A stretch of DNA of 32,000 nt from Candidatus Electronema halotolerans. Lineage in GTDB: Bacteria; Desulfobacterota; Desulfobulbia; Desulfobulbales; Desulfobulbaceae. The stretch covers positions 2,070,001 to 2,102,000 of the forward strand of contig OW818675.1 of NCBI GenBank assembly GCA_942493095.1, given 5' to 3'. The notes beneath the pieces were generated by a model. That model saw only the letters and a program-made list of their open reading frames with translations. It was not told the DNA's origin and made no database searches. Below are positions 1-8,842 of the stretch, piece after piece (the stretch's first letter is position 1; the number at the start of each line of letters is the position of its first letter). A program made the translations under genes and the position numbers.

Positions 1-61
1 GAATGCAGGCCGCATTACGTCTGTATGTTGAAACACATAAGGCATTCAGTTCCACACGCCC

Positions 62-2494
62 ATGAAATTCACCCTGATTTGGCTTGGCCAATATATTTCT
101 CTTAACGGCCTGTCCGCAGCACAGCTTGCCGACCGCCTGACCATGCTCGGCTTGGAGGTGGAAGCGGTGCAGAAGCTGTACGCCGGGCTGGAGGCGGTCA
201 AGACCGCAAAAGTTCTGTCCGTGCAGAAGCATCCTAATGCTGACCGGCTGACCTTGTGCGACGTGGAGGTCGGCGGGCAAATCCTGCCTGTTGTCTGCGG
301 CGCGCCCAATGTCCGAGCTGGATTAGTGACCGCCATTGCCCTGCCCGGCGCAAAGCTGCCTGACGGCCTGACGATCAAAAAAGCCAAGGTGCGCGGCCAA
401 GTTTCCGAGGGAATGCTTTGCTCGTGGAAAGAACTGGGCATCAGCGAGGCCAGCTCCGGCATTGTTGAGCTGGATGCCGCCTTGGCATCCGGCCAACCCC
501 TGCGCGAGGCTCTCGGCCTGCACGACACGATGGTCGAAGTTGATCTCACGCCGAATCGGGCCGACTGCGCCAGTGTGCTGGGCATTGCCCGCGAAGTGAG
601 CGGAGTTACAGGCCAGCAGGTCTGCCGTCCTGTAACAACCTTGCCCGATTTGTCTCAACCTGCTGAATTCACGGTTGCTATTGACGAGCCGCAGCTCTGT
701 CCTCGCTATGCGGCCCGCAGACTGACTGACGCGACGATCAAGCCGTCGCCGTGGTGGCTCCAGCGGCTGCTCTTGGCAGTTGGAATGCGTCCGATCAACA
801 ACATTGTTGACATCACCAACTTTGTCATGCTGGAGTATGGCCAGCCGCTTCATGCCTTTGATTATGCGAAGATTGCAGGCAAAGGCATTGTGGTTCGGCA
901 GCCCAAGGCGGATGAGAGCAAGTTCACCACCTTGGACGGCAGCGAGCGCAGTCTTGAGCCGGACATGCTCCTGATTTGTGATCAGGAAAAGCCGGTGGCA
1001 ATGGCCGGGGTCATGGGCGGTCTCAATTCCGAGGTGACAGATGGAACCACGGATATTCTCCTCGAATCGGCCTGCTTTGATCCGGTTTCCATCCGCCGCA
1101 CCGCCCGCCGGCTCAATCTCGCCTCAGAGGCATCCTACCGCTTTGAGCGCGGTGTCAACCCGGACGGCGTGACCGAGGCTCTGGAACGTGCTGCGCAGCT
1201 TATCTGTGAGCTGGCTGGAGCGCAGGCTGCGGACGGCGTTGATTTGTATCCCGGCAAAAAAAAGCTGCTTCAGCTTGAACTGCGGGTGCAGCGGGTCAAC
1301 AACTTGCTCGGCACTGATCTCAGCAGTGGGCAGGTTGCCGCCTGTCTGCGCGGGATTGAATTTGCTGTGGAAGAAGACGGCGAATTGCTGCGCGTGACTG
1401 TGCCAGCCTTCCGCATTGACATTGAACGCGAAGCTGATTTGATCGAGGAAGTGGCCCGCTTGGTCGGCTACAACGAGATTCCGGTCACGCTGCCCAAGAT
1501 GGCAATGGACTGCCCGCAGCCTGCACCGCTCCGCCAACTCCGCAAAAAGATTGCGGCGGCAATGACCGGCCTCGGCTTTTACGAGGCAGTCAATTACTCC
1601 TTTGTCAGCAAAAAGCATAACGACTGGCTCAACTTGGCTGCTGCTGATTCCCGCAGGCAGCAGGTGGAGCTGCTCAATCCTCTCAGTGAAGATCAGGCCG
1701 TGCTGCGCACCATGCTCCTGTCCGGCCTCTTGGACAATGTCCGCCGCAACATCAGCTTTCAGCAGACCGATGTCCGCCTTTTTGAGGTGGGCAAAGTCTT
1801 CGCCTTCACCGCTCCGGGCCAGCAGCCTGTTGAGCGGCACCAGCTCTGCGCCGTGATCAGCGGCAGCCGTTATCCAGAGGCCAGCCCGCTCTATTTTTCC
1901 AGCCAAGAGAGTGATATCTTCGACCTGAAAGGTGCAATGCAGGCTTTGCTTCGGGAACTGCGGCTGGAAGCAGCAGTCAGTTTCGCAGCTTCAGAAGGTC
2001 AGGCAGAGCCTTACGCTGAATCCGGCTGCGCCCTGCGCATCATGGCTGGTGAGCAGCAGCTCGGCCTGATCAGCAAAGTGCCTGCGGCTGTAGCCCGCGC
2101 CTTTGGCATTAAGCAGGAGGTGCATTTCTTGGAACTGGAGCTGGAGCCGCTGAACGTCCTCCCTGCTGCGGCCAAGAGCTTCAGCTCCCTGCCCCGCTAT
2201 CCTTCGGTGCGGCGCGATATCGCCCTGCTGGTGCCGGAACAGATTCCGGCAGGCGATCTCCTGCAAGATATTCTTGACCACAAGATGCAGGATGTGGTAT
2301 ATGCTGATATTTTTGATGTCTATAGCGGCAAGCCGATTGCCGACGGCATGAAAAGCGTGGCCTTGACCGTCACCTACCGTTCTGCGGAAAGGACGCTGGA
2401 TGATGAGACGGTCAACGGCTTTCACGAAAAAATAGTCAGCTCGCTGATCTCCCGCTTTGGCGGGCAGTATCGGGACGGAAAGGATGCAGGATGA
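62..2494 (+). CDS. pheT: Phenylalanyl-tRNA synthetase beta subunit
   Basis: 810-aa ORF with an N-terminal tRNA-binding (EMAP-like) domain 'VLSVQKHPNADRLTLCDVEVG', B3/B5 regions, and C-terminal ferredoxin-fold anticodon-binding domain 'FSSLPRYPSVRRDIALLV'. Confidence 0.97.
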   Translation: MKFTLIWLGQYISLNGLSAAQLADRLTMLGLEVEAVQKLYAGLEAVKTAKVLSVQKHPNADRLTLCDVEVGGQILPVVCGAPNVRAGLVTAIALPGAKLPDGLTIKKAKVRGQVSEGMLCSWKELGISEASSGIVELDAALASGQPLREALGLHDTMVEVDLTPNRADCASVLGIAREVSGVTGQQVCRPVTTLPDLSQPAEFTVAIDEPQLCPRYAARRLTDATIKPSPWWLQRLLLAVGMRPINNIVDITNFVMLEYGQPLHAFDYAKIAGKGIVVRQPKADESKFTTLDGSERSLEPDMLLICDQEKPVAMAGVMGGLNSEVTDGTTDILLESACFDPVSIRRTARRLNLASEASYRFERGVNPDGVTEALERAAQLICELAGAQAADGVDLYPGKKKLLQLELRVQRVNNLLGTDLSSGQVAACLRGIEFAVEEDGELLRVTVPAFRIDIEREADLIEEVARLVGYNEIPVTLPKMAMDCPQPAPLRQLRKKIAAAMTGLGFYEAVNYSFVSKKHNDWLNLAAADSRRQQVELLNPLSEDQAVLRTMLLSGLLDNVRRNISFQQTDVRLFEVGKVFAFTAPGQQPVERHQLCAVISGSRYPEASPLYFSSQESDIFDLKGAMQALLRELRLEAAVSFAASEGQAEPYAESGCALRIMAGEQQLGLISKVPAAVARAFGIKQEVHFLELELEPLNVLPAAAKSFSSLPRYPSVRRDIALLVPEQIPAGDLLQDILDHKMQDVVYADIFDVYSGKPIADGMKSVALTVTYRSAERTLDDETVNGFHEKIVSSLISRFGGQYRDGKDAG

Positions 2495-2820
2495 TGAAAG
2501 AAGAGCAAGAACAAGAGGAGCGGCGGCAGGGCAATGTCACCCGCAAGGAGCTGTCGATTTCCATTAACGAGAAATTGGGCATCTCCCAGCGCAATGCCGC
2601 CAAGATGGTGGACACAATTTTTTCAGCCATGAAGGACACGCTGGTGAGCGGCGAATCGCTCAAGCTGGTCCAATTCGGCACCCTGACAGTGCGTGGCAAA
2701 TCGCCCCGCCGGGGCCGCAATCCACGCACTGGCGAGAGCATGACCATCACCAAGCGAAAAATGGTTTCCTTCCGTCCCTCAAAACGGCTGCGTGATCTGC
2801 TCAACACAGACGAAAACTGA
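2491..2820 (+). CDS. ihfA: Integration host factor / HU family DNA-binding protein (IHF-alpha-like)
   Basis: ORF overlaps the pheT stop codon (ATGA). The protein contains 'TRKELSISINEKLGISQRNAAKMVDTIFSAMKDTLVSGESLKLVQFGTLTVRGKSPRRGRNPRTGE', the typical HU/IHF fold signature. The pheT-ihfA order is conserved. Confidence 0.9.
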   Translation: MMKEEQEQEERRQGNVTRKELSISINEKLGISQRNAAKMVDTIFSAMKDTLVSGESLKLVQFGTLTVRGKSPRRGRNPRTGESMTITKRKMVSFRPSKRLRDLLNTDEN

Positions 2821-2888
2821 GGCGGCTGGCAAAGTAGCTGTTGACAGTCCTTGCCGGAAAATGGTACATAAGGGGCAGCATAAGATTT

Positions 2889-2965
2889 CGGAACGTAGCG
2901 CAGTCTGGTAGCGCACCTGAATGGGGTTCAGGGGGCCGGAGGTTCAAATCCTCTCGTTCCGACCA
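2889..2965 (+). tRNA. tRNA-Pro (anticodon GGG), CCA encoded
   Basis: Manual cloverleaf: acceptor CGGAACG/CGTTCCG, D arm GCGC..GCGC, anticodon stem CCTGA/TCAGG with loop ATGGGGT, T arm GGAGG-TTCAAAT-CCTCT, discriminator A, then CCA. Confidence 0.95.
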
Positions 2966-2973
2966 GCAAATAC

Positions 2974-3008
2974 AAGGAGTTGAGCGGAGACGCTTAACTC
3001 CTTTTTTC
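2974..3008 (+). terminator. Rho-independent terminator after tRNA-Pro
   Basis: Stem AAGGAGTTGAGCG-GAGA-CGCTTAACTCCTT followed by a T run. Confidence 0.85.
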
Positions 3009-3160
3009 TTTCAGCTGCCGCCCCCATCCTGCTCCCACTTTTTTGCTCATGAGGTGAAAAAGCCGCCCGCAACATCTCCTTTCATTTCATCCAGACCAAA
3101 AGCAGCGTATATTGTCAGGCCAATGCTAAACATGAAACGAAGACTGCTTATCCTGCCAAG

Positions 3161-4603
3161 ATGATCTACACCAACCTGCTTTCTTTTCTCATTGTTATTT
3201 TTGTCCTCTCCCTTGCCGAGGCTCCTGTCCGGCCTCTGCTTGCGCCGCAGCTTGGCCTGCCGCTCTTTGTCCTGATTCTGCTGCTGTTTCATCGCCTTGC
3301 AGGCAGAGAGCATCGGAACATGCTGCATTTGGGCGGGGCAAAAAGGTATTTTGCCGCAGAAAAGAAACTCACCCTGCTGGCCGTGCTGTTTTTCACCTTC
3401 TCGGTCTTTGCCTTTGATTTGAAATATTATCTTGCGCCGCTCTCCTTGGGCGGCAGGCTGCCGGTGCTGACTGATTCAGGCGGCCTGCTCCTTTTTTTCC
3501 TCTTCCTGCTTGTGATGTGGCTGCAGGCCAGAGCCAACTATTCAGCTCTGTTCGGCGGCGGTTACTCCCCGGCCCGCTTTGCCAGTCTCAACCTGCAGGC
3601 CAGTCTGCCGATCATCCTGCCGTGGCTGCTGCTGTCCCTGTTTTTTGACCTGCTCCTGCTGCTGCCATTCCCTGGACTGCACCGTCTCTTGGATTCAGCA
3701 TGGGGCAATCTGCTCATCGTCCTGCCCGCCCTGCTGCTGGTGCTTGTTTTTCTCCCAGCCTTGGTCTGGCGGCTCTGGAACTGTTCGCCCCTGCCGCCGG
3801 GGCCACAGCGCAGCATGGTCGAAAAGTTCTGCCGCCGCCAGAACTTTGCCGCCAGCATTCTGCGCTGGCCGCTTTATGAAGGCCGGATGCTGACTGCCGC
3901 CGTGATGGGGCTTGCCCCGCGCTTTCGCTATCTGCTCCTGACTCCGGCCCTGCTCGACCTGCTCGATCAGGAGGAGCTGGAATCGGTGCTGGCTCATGAA
4001 ATCGGCCATATCCGACATTGGCATCTGCTGCTTTACCTTTTCCTTCTGCTCGGTTTCAGCCTGCTGGCCGAAACCTTGGCCCAGCAGCTTCTTGTCCTGT
4101 TCTTCAGCAGCAGCTGGTTTTGGCAGCTGGCACTCTGGTCAAATGTTGCCGCAGAGCGGCTGGCTGATGTCTTATCTGGAGCAGCACTGCTCATCCTGCT
4201 GGTGCTTTTTTTTCGCTTCCTGTTCGGCTGGTTCATCCGTAATTTTGAGCGGCAGGCTGATCTGAACGCCTATCGGACGCAGCAGAGCAGCCTGCCGCTG
4301 ATTCGCGCCTTTGAAAAAATTGCGGCCATGAGCGGCAATATTCGCGAGCAGAAAAACTGGCATCATTTCGGCATTGGTGAGCGAATTGACTTTCTGGCCC
4401 GCTGTGAAAGCCGTCCTGCCTTGGCCAAGCAGCATGACCGCAAAGTCCGTCTTGCCCTTGCCGCCTATTTTCTCCTGATTGGCTTGACGGTCTGGCTGGT
4501 GCCTGCGCCAAACCCGGACAGCGTCAACCGCCGCACTCGTGCCGCCCAGCTTGAAGTGCTGCTGCAACAGTCAGGGGAAGACAGCCCAGCGCAGCAGCAC
4601 TGA
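3161..4603 (+). CDS. Membrane-embedded M48 (Ste24/HtpX-like) family metallopeptidase
   Basis: Multiple hydrophobic segments plus the zinc motif HExxH in 'LESVLAHEIGHIRHWHLLLYL'. Confidence 0.85.
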   Translation: MIYTNLLSFLIVIFVLSLAEAPVRPLLAPQLGLPLFVLILLLFHRLAGREHRNMLHLGGAKRYFAAEKKLTLLAVLFFTFSVFAFDLKYYLAPLSLGGRLPVLTDSGGLLLFFLFLLVMWLQARANYSALFGGGYSPARFASLNLQASLPIILPWLLLSLFFDLLLLLPFPGLHRLLDSAWGNLLIVLPALLLVLVFLPALVWRLWNCSPLPPGPQRSMVEKFCRRQNFAASILRWPLYEGRMLTAAVMGLAPRFRYLLLTPALLDLLDQEELESVLAHEIGHIRHWHLLLYLFLLLGFSLLAETLAQQLLVLFFSSSWFWQLALWSNVAAERLADVLSGAALLILLVLFFRFLFGWFIRNFERQADLNAYRTQQSSLPLIRAFEKIAAMSGNIREQKNWHHFGIGERIDFLARCESRPALAKQHDRKVRLALAAYFLLIGLTVWLVPAPNPDSVNRRTRAAQLEVLLQQSGEDSPAQQH

Positions 4604-4792
4604 TCAGCAAAAAATGTATTGAATGCAGGACAGTCATGGGCTATGCTGCGGAGACTGAGTAAAAGCTACAGTGAGCGGTGGCTATCTGGCCACATAGCAG
4701 GCGGATTTGCAGGACATTTTCAGAATCCTGAAAGCACTCAAAACGATTATCAGCAGTTTCATCAGGGACGGGAAACAAGGAGCGGCGGGACA

Positions 4793-5872
4793 ATGACAGA
4801 AACCGTGGTGACAGTCGGGCTTGGTGAACGGAGTTACCCGATTCGGATCAGCTCCGGCCTGCTGGAGCTGATCGGCCCGGATTTGCGCGAACGGCAGATC
4901 GGCAGCAAATACGGCGTGATCAGCGATGACCGGGTGGCAGCCTTGTACGGCGACCGTTTCATGCAGTCCTTGGCTGACGCAGGCATCCGAGCCGAGCTGA
5001 TCACCTTTCCGGCAGGCGAGGCCAGCAAGCATCTTCAGACGATTGCCGCCCTTTCCAGCGAACTGGCCCAGCGCGGCTTTGACCGCAAAGATGCCCTGAT
5101 CGCCCTTGGCGGCGGCGTGACCGGCGACATCACCGGCTTTCTCGCCTCCATCTATCTGCGCGGCATTCCTTTTGTTCAAGTGCCGACCACCCTGCTTTCG
5201 CAGGTTGACAGCTCAGTAGGCGGCAAGACCGGCGTTGACCTGCCGGAAGGCAAGAATCTGATTGGCACCTTTTATCAACCCAAGGCGGTGTATATTGATC
5301 TGGATGTGCTGCAAACCCTGCCAGATGAGGAGCTGCGCGGCGGCTTGGCTGAGGTGATCAAGTACGGGGTGATCAAGGATGCCGAGTTTTTTGCCTTTCT
5401 GGAGGAAAACCGGGAAGCGGCGCTGGCCTTGCAGCCGAAAGTGCTGACCAAGGTCATTGCCCGCTGCTGCGAGATCAAAGCCTGGGTGGTGGAGCAGGAC
5501 GAGCGGGAAGGCGGCCTGCGCCGGATTCTCAACTTTGGCCACACCATCGGCCATGCAGTGGAGGCGGCTTCTGAGTTCCGCCTGATTCATGGCTATGCAG
5601 TGGCAATCGGCATGGTCGCGGCAGCGGAACTGGCCGTGCGCAGCGGCTGTCTTGCCGCCCAAGAAGCGGCGCGAATTCACTCGCTGATTGCCGCCTATGG
5701 CCTGCCGACGGCCATTCCTGCTGATCTTGACCGCAAGGTCATCAAGGCATATCTGCGCAATGATAAAAAGACCGTCGGCGGCAGGGTCTTCTATGTTCTC
5801 CCGGAAGCTGTCGGCAGGGTGAAAATTACTGATCAGGTGCGGGAACAGGCTGTTGATGCGCTGCTGCAATAA
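4793..5872 (+). CDS. aroB: 3-dehydroquinate synthase
   Basis: 'GGGVTGDITGFLASIYLRGIPFVQVPTTLLSQVDSSVGGKTGVDLPEGKNLIGTFYQPKAVYID', 'GHTIGHAVEA'. The ORF is open back to 4619, but the ATG at 4793 (MTETVVTVGLG) follows AAGGAGCGGCGGGACA and fits the family start. Confidence 0.96.
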   Translation: MTETVVTVGLGERSYPIRISSGLLELIGPDLRERQIGSKYGVISDDRVAALYGDRFMQSLADAGIRAELITFPAGEASKHLQTIAALSSELAQRGFDRKDALIALGGGVTGDITGFLASIYLRGIPFVQVPTTLLSQVDSSVGGKTGVDLPEGKNLIGTFYQPKAVYIDLDVLQTLPDEELRGGLAEVIKYGVIKDAEFFAFLEENREAALALQPKVLTKVIARCCEIKAWVVEQDEREGGLRRILNFGHTIGHAVEAASEFRLIHGYAVAIGMVAAAELAVRSGCLAAQEAARIHSLIAAYGLPTAIPADLDRKVIKAYLRNDKKTVGGRVFYVLPEAVGRVKITDQVREQAVDALLQ

Positions 5873-5938
5873 AAAGTTTTGTCTTGTCGTTCTTTTTCTG
5901 GTATCTTGGAAGAAAACTAATCTGTGGAGGATGTCGCT

Positions 5939-7414
5939 ATGAAAAAAATTTTCCTGTTGAGCGCGCTGGCCGCTGCCGCCGCCATGCCGGGAACCGCTTC
6001 TGCCAATCTGCTGCTGGACCTGCCGCCAATTCTGGCGGGGCAACCATGTTGCAATCCTTGTGAAACAACTTGCATCAAACCCTGCACCACCTGCACCACC
6101 TGCTGCGGAACAACCTGCATGGACAGCAGCACAACTTGTTCAATTTGCTGCTATGGCACATGCAGCACCACAACATGTTCTGACCCTAAATGCACAGTAG
6201 ATACAGTAGCGACGGATTGCGGCGGAGCTGACAAATTTTGCTGCGGTGGCCAATGCAGTGACACCGCATGTCAATGCACAGAGGCGACGCAAGAAGCCGA
6301 TTGCGGCACTGGCAACTATTGCTGCGATGGCGTATGCAACGCTACTTCATGTCCTGAATGCGCAGCAAATACTGATTGCACCACTGGGGATTTACAATAT
6401 TGCAGCTCTGGTCGATGCGTTGAATGCACACAGAATTCTCATTGCGATGAGGCCAATGGCGAACAGTGCTTCTCTGGCCAATGTCGTGTTCCAAGTGACA
6501 GTACATTGAACGACACTGGTATAATGTGGTCCGGCAAGACATCAACAGATGGAAATGATGATAATTGCGTTGACACTAATCAAGACTGTGGTATAAAAAA
6601 CGAATTTAGTTTCACTGCATCAGGGGATTGTGTTCAGGACAACGTCACAGGTCTTACTTGGTCACCAGATCAGGGAACTGCTGTTTGGACTGGTATTGCG
6701 AGCAAAGCAACCTCTGCAAAAAACAGCAGCTTATGCGGCAAGACAGACTGGCGTGCCCCAACCCTGAAGGAACTATTGAGCATAGTTTCTTATAACGATA
6801 TGTCTTCCACCCCGCTTGTCGATTCCAGCTTCTCTATAACACTCAAGACTGATAAGCCTTATTGGAGCGGAACATCTACAAGCGATTCAACAAAAGCATG
6901 GGGTGCCAGTTTTTTAAGTGGTTGGTCATCGCAACTCGCGAAAAGCGACAGTTATAATGTGATTCTGGTTTCCGGCGCAACAACTCCCACGCCCAGCTTT
7001 TCAGTTGATGATACAGCAGGAACTGTTACAGACAACAACACCAAGCTGATATGGACAAAATGCTTGGCGGGCTACTCTGGAACCGATTGCGGGACAACAG
7101 GCACCCAAACAACATTTACTTGGGCAGAAGCCTTGACTTACGCTGCCTCTGCTGGCCCTGACTGGCGGCTGCCTAATCTCAAAGAGCTTCAGTCCATTGT
7201 TAAGGAGGATGCTTCAAAGCCTGCAATAGACAGTAAGTTCCCGAACGCTAACCACAGCGTGTGGACATCTTCACCCTCGTCTCTAACAGGCAGTGTCGGC
7301 GGTGTCACGAAATGGAAATCATGGATTATTGACTTTTCATCTGGCAGCATTGGAGATTCCTTCCGGGATAACGCTCTTCGCGTCCGCCTCGTGAAAGATG
7401 CCCCGGCCAACTGA
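5939..7414 (+). CDS. Secreted Cys-rich protein with two DUF1566/Lcl_C-like modules
   Basis: Signal peptide MKKIFLLSALAAAAAMPGTASA. About 34 Cys fall in the next ~180 residues (CCNPCETTCIKPCTTCTTCCGTTC...). Two modules follow with 'DNVTGLTW...DWRAPTLKELLSIV...YWSGTS' and 'DNNTKLIWTK...DWRLPNLKELQSIV...VWTSS...ALRVRLV'. The ORF track starts at 5924, but the ATG at 5939 gives the signal peptide. Confidence 0.8.
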   Translation: MKKIFLLSALAAAAAMPGTASANLLLDLPPILAGQPCCNPCETTCIKPCTTCTTCCGTTCMDSSTTCSICCYGTCSTTTCSDPKCTVDTVATDCGGADKFCCGGQCSDTACQCTEATQEADCGTGNYCCDGVCNATSCPECAANTDCTTGDLQYCSSGRCVECTQNSHCDEANGEQCFSGQCRVPSDSTLNDTGIMWSGKTSTDGNDDNCVDTNQDCGIKNEFSFTASGDCVQDNVTGLTWSPDQGTAVWTGIASKATSAKNSSLCGKTDWRAPTLKELLSIVSYNDMSSTPLVDSSFSITLKTDKPYWSGTSTSDSTKAWGASFLSGWSSQLAKSDSYNVILVSGATTPTPSFSVDDTAGTVTDNNTKLIWTKCLAGYSGTDCGTTGTQTTFTWAEALTYAASAGPDWRLPNLKELQSIVKEDASKPAIDSKFPNANHSVWTSSPSSLTGSVGGVTKWKSWIIDFSSGSIGDSFRDNALRVRLVKDAPAN

Positions 7415-7471
7415 ACCGAACGTAAGGTAAAACCAGCTCAATCGCATCTGCTGGTTGAGAAAAACAAAAAG

Positions 7472-7503
7472 ATCAGGTATCCTTGCGGATGCCTGATTTT
7501 TTT
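7472..7503 (+). terminator. Rho-independent terminator
   Basis: Perfect stem ATCAGG-t-ATCC-ttgc-GGAT-g-CCTGAT followed by a T tract. Confidence 0.85.
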
Positions 7504-7554
7504 GTTCGTGCGGGACAGCACCGCATATCAACAATCTGCAATTAACTGAAATCT

Positions 7555-8052
7555 ATGCCGATCTACGAATTTCTCTGCCCAGACTGCAACACGATCTTCA
7601 ACTTTCTTTCCAACCGGATCAACACCGACAAACGCCCAGACTGCCCCAAGTGCGGCAGAAAGGAGCTGGAGCGGCAGGTTTCTCACTTTGCCGTGATCGG
7701 CAGGGCGAAAGAGGAAAGCGAAGAGGATATGCTGGCCGGGCTGGATGAGACCAAGATGGAACATGCCTTGGAAGGGCTGATGCGCGAGGCTGAGGGCATG
7801 AACGAGGACGATCCCCGCCAGATGGCCCAGCTCATGCGTAAGTTCTCGGATAAAACCGGCATCAGCCTTGGCGAGCCAATGGAGGAGGCCATTGCCCGGA
7901 TGGAGGCTGGCGAAGACCCGGATGCCATTGAAAAGGACATGGGCGACCTGCTTGAATCGGACGATGCTTTTTCCTTGGAAGGGCTGAAGAAAAAAATCCG
8001 TTCTTCCGGCCCCAAGCCGCCGATTCGCGACGAAACTCTGTATCAGCTATAG
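7555..8052 (+). CDS. FmdB-type zinc ribbon protein with acidic C-terminal extension
   Basis: 'MPIYEFLCPDCNTIFNFLSNRINTDKRPDCPKCG' is the canonical FmdB N-terminus with two CxxC pairs. Confidence 0.85.
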   Translation: MPIYEFLCPDCNTIFNFLSNRINTDKRPDCPKCGRKELERQVSHFAVIGRAKEESEEDMLAGLDETKMEHALEGLMREAEGMNEDDPRQMAQLMRKFSDKTGISLGEPMEEAIARMEAGEDPDAIEKDMGDLLESDDAFSLEGLKKKIRSSGPKPPIRDETLYQL

Positions 8053-8091
8053 TTCCGGCTTCGCTCAGGGTGCCTGTCAGGGCAACCGTAT

Positions 8092-8191
8092 AGGGTTCCT
8101 CGAAAAATACTGTTTATTACCAGCGTAACGGAATAATCAGGCAGTTGCAGAGCAATACCTGCCGAACACACCAATTTTTCGAGGTTCCCCT
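8092..8191. repeat. Imperfect inverted repeat between convergent genes
   Basis: AGGGTTCCTCGAAAAATA (8092-8109) versus AATTTTTCGAGGTTCCCC (8174-8191); the core CCTCGAAAAAT/ATTTTTCGAGG is perfect. Confidence 0.6.
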
Positions 8192-8216
8192 CAATAGATT
8201 GCAGCAGACGTGACGG

Positions 8217-8825
8217 TCACGAAAAATCCCGCTGATGCAGCAACGTGTAGGTAAACTTGTTGCCAAAGGCCGCTTTCCCAGCCTTGCACTTCAGGATGAA
8301 GTCAGCAAACTGCCGCTGATCTTCAAAGACCTGACAGCCTGCCGAGAACTTCTGCTTCTGCACATACTCATCCGTGGTGCGATGGATGTTAATGCCGAAC
8401 TTGCCGGTTTGGGTGCTGGAGGCGACAAGGTTCAGCTTGTCGTCCCGGTTGTCATCCCGATACACTGTCACTTCGCCCAGCCGCTGGCACAGGGCTAAGT
8501 GGCCGCTCCGCAGGCCCCGGTTGTGAACATCGAGCTTGTACGCGCCCCGATACTGGCCTTCCTTGAGAATCGCCGTGCCGCGCCAGTTGACCGGATGCTT
8601 CAAATAGCTGATGCTGGGATCAGTGGTGATGTGATAATAGTAGATTTCCCAGATGCCGCAGAATCTGTGAAACACGCAGAGGGTGTCATTGAACAGACCC
8701 GGAGTCGGGTCTGAGGAGCGGATGCCGACGATATTGAGATTCCAGTCAATCTCAGGCGTGTCATAGACCTTGCAGCCCTTGGCCTGCATGACCTTGATCA
8801 CTTCTTCGACAGAAGGTCTGAACAT
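8217..8825 (-). CDS. Uncharacterised protein with a 'FGINIHR...SAGCQVF' motif; possible peptidoglycan-acting enzyme
   Basis: Clean 202-aa ORF 18 nt downstream of the 655-aa gene on the same strand. Conserved-looking His and Cys residues occur in 'GKFGINIHRTTDEYVQKQKFSAGCQVF'. The functional assignment is inference only. Confidence 0.65.
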   Translation of the reverse strand: MFRPSVEEVIKVMQAKGCKVYDTPEIDWNLNIVGIRSSDPTPGLFNDTLCVFHRFCGIWEIYYYHITTDPSISYLKHPVNWRGTAILKEGQYRGAYKLDVHNRGLRSGHLALCQRLGEVTVYRDDNRDDKLNLVASSTQTGKFGINIHRTTDEYVQKQKFSAGCQVFEDQRQFADFILKCKAGKAAFGNKFTYTLLHQRDFS

Positions 8826-8842
8826 GATTGCTTCTCCTCAGC

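Noticed and set aside
2841-3164. ORF 2841-3164 overlapping tRNA-Pro
   Set aside because: It spans the tRNA and its terminator and has no plausible protein signature.
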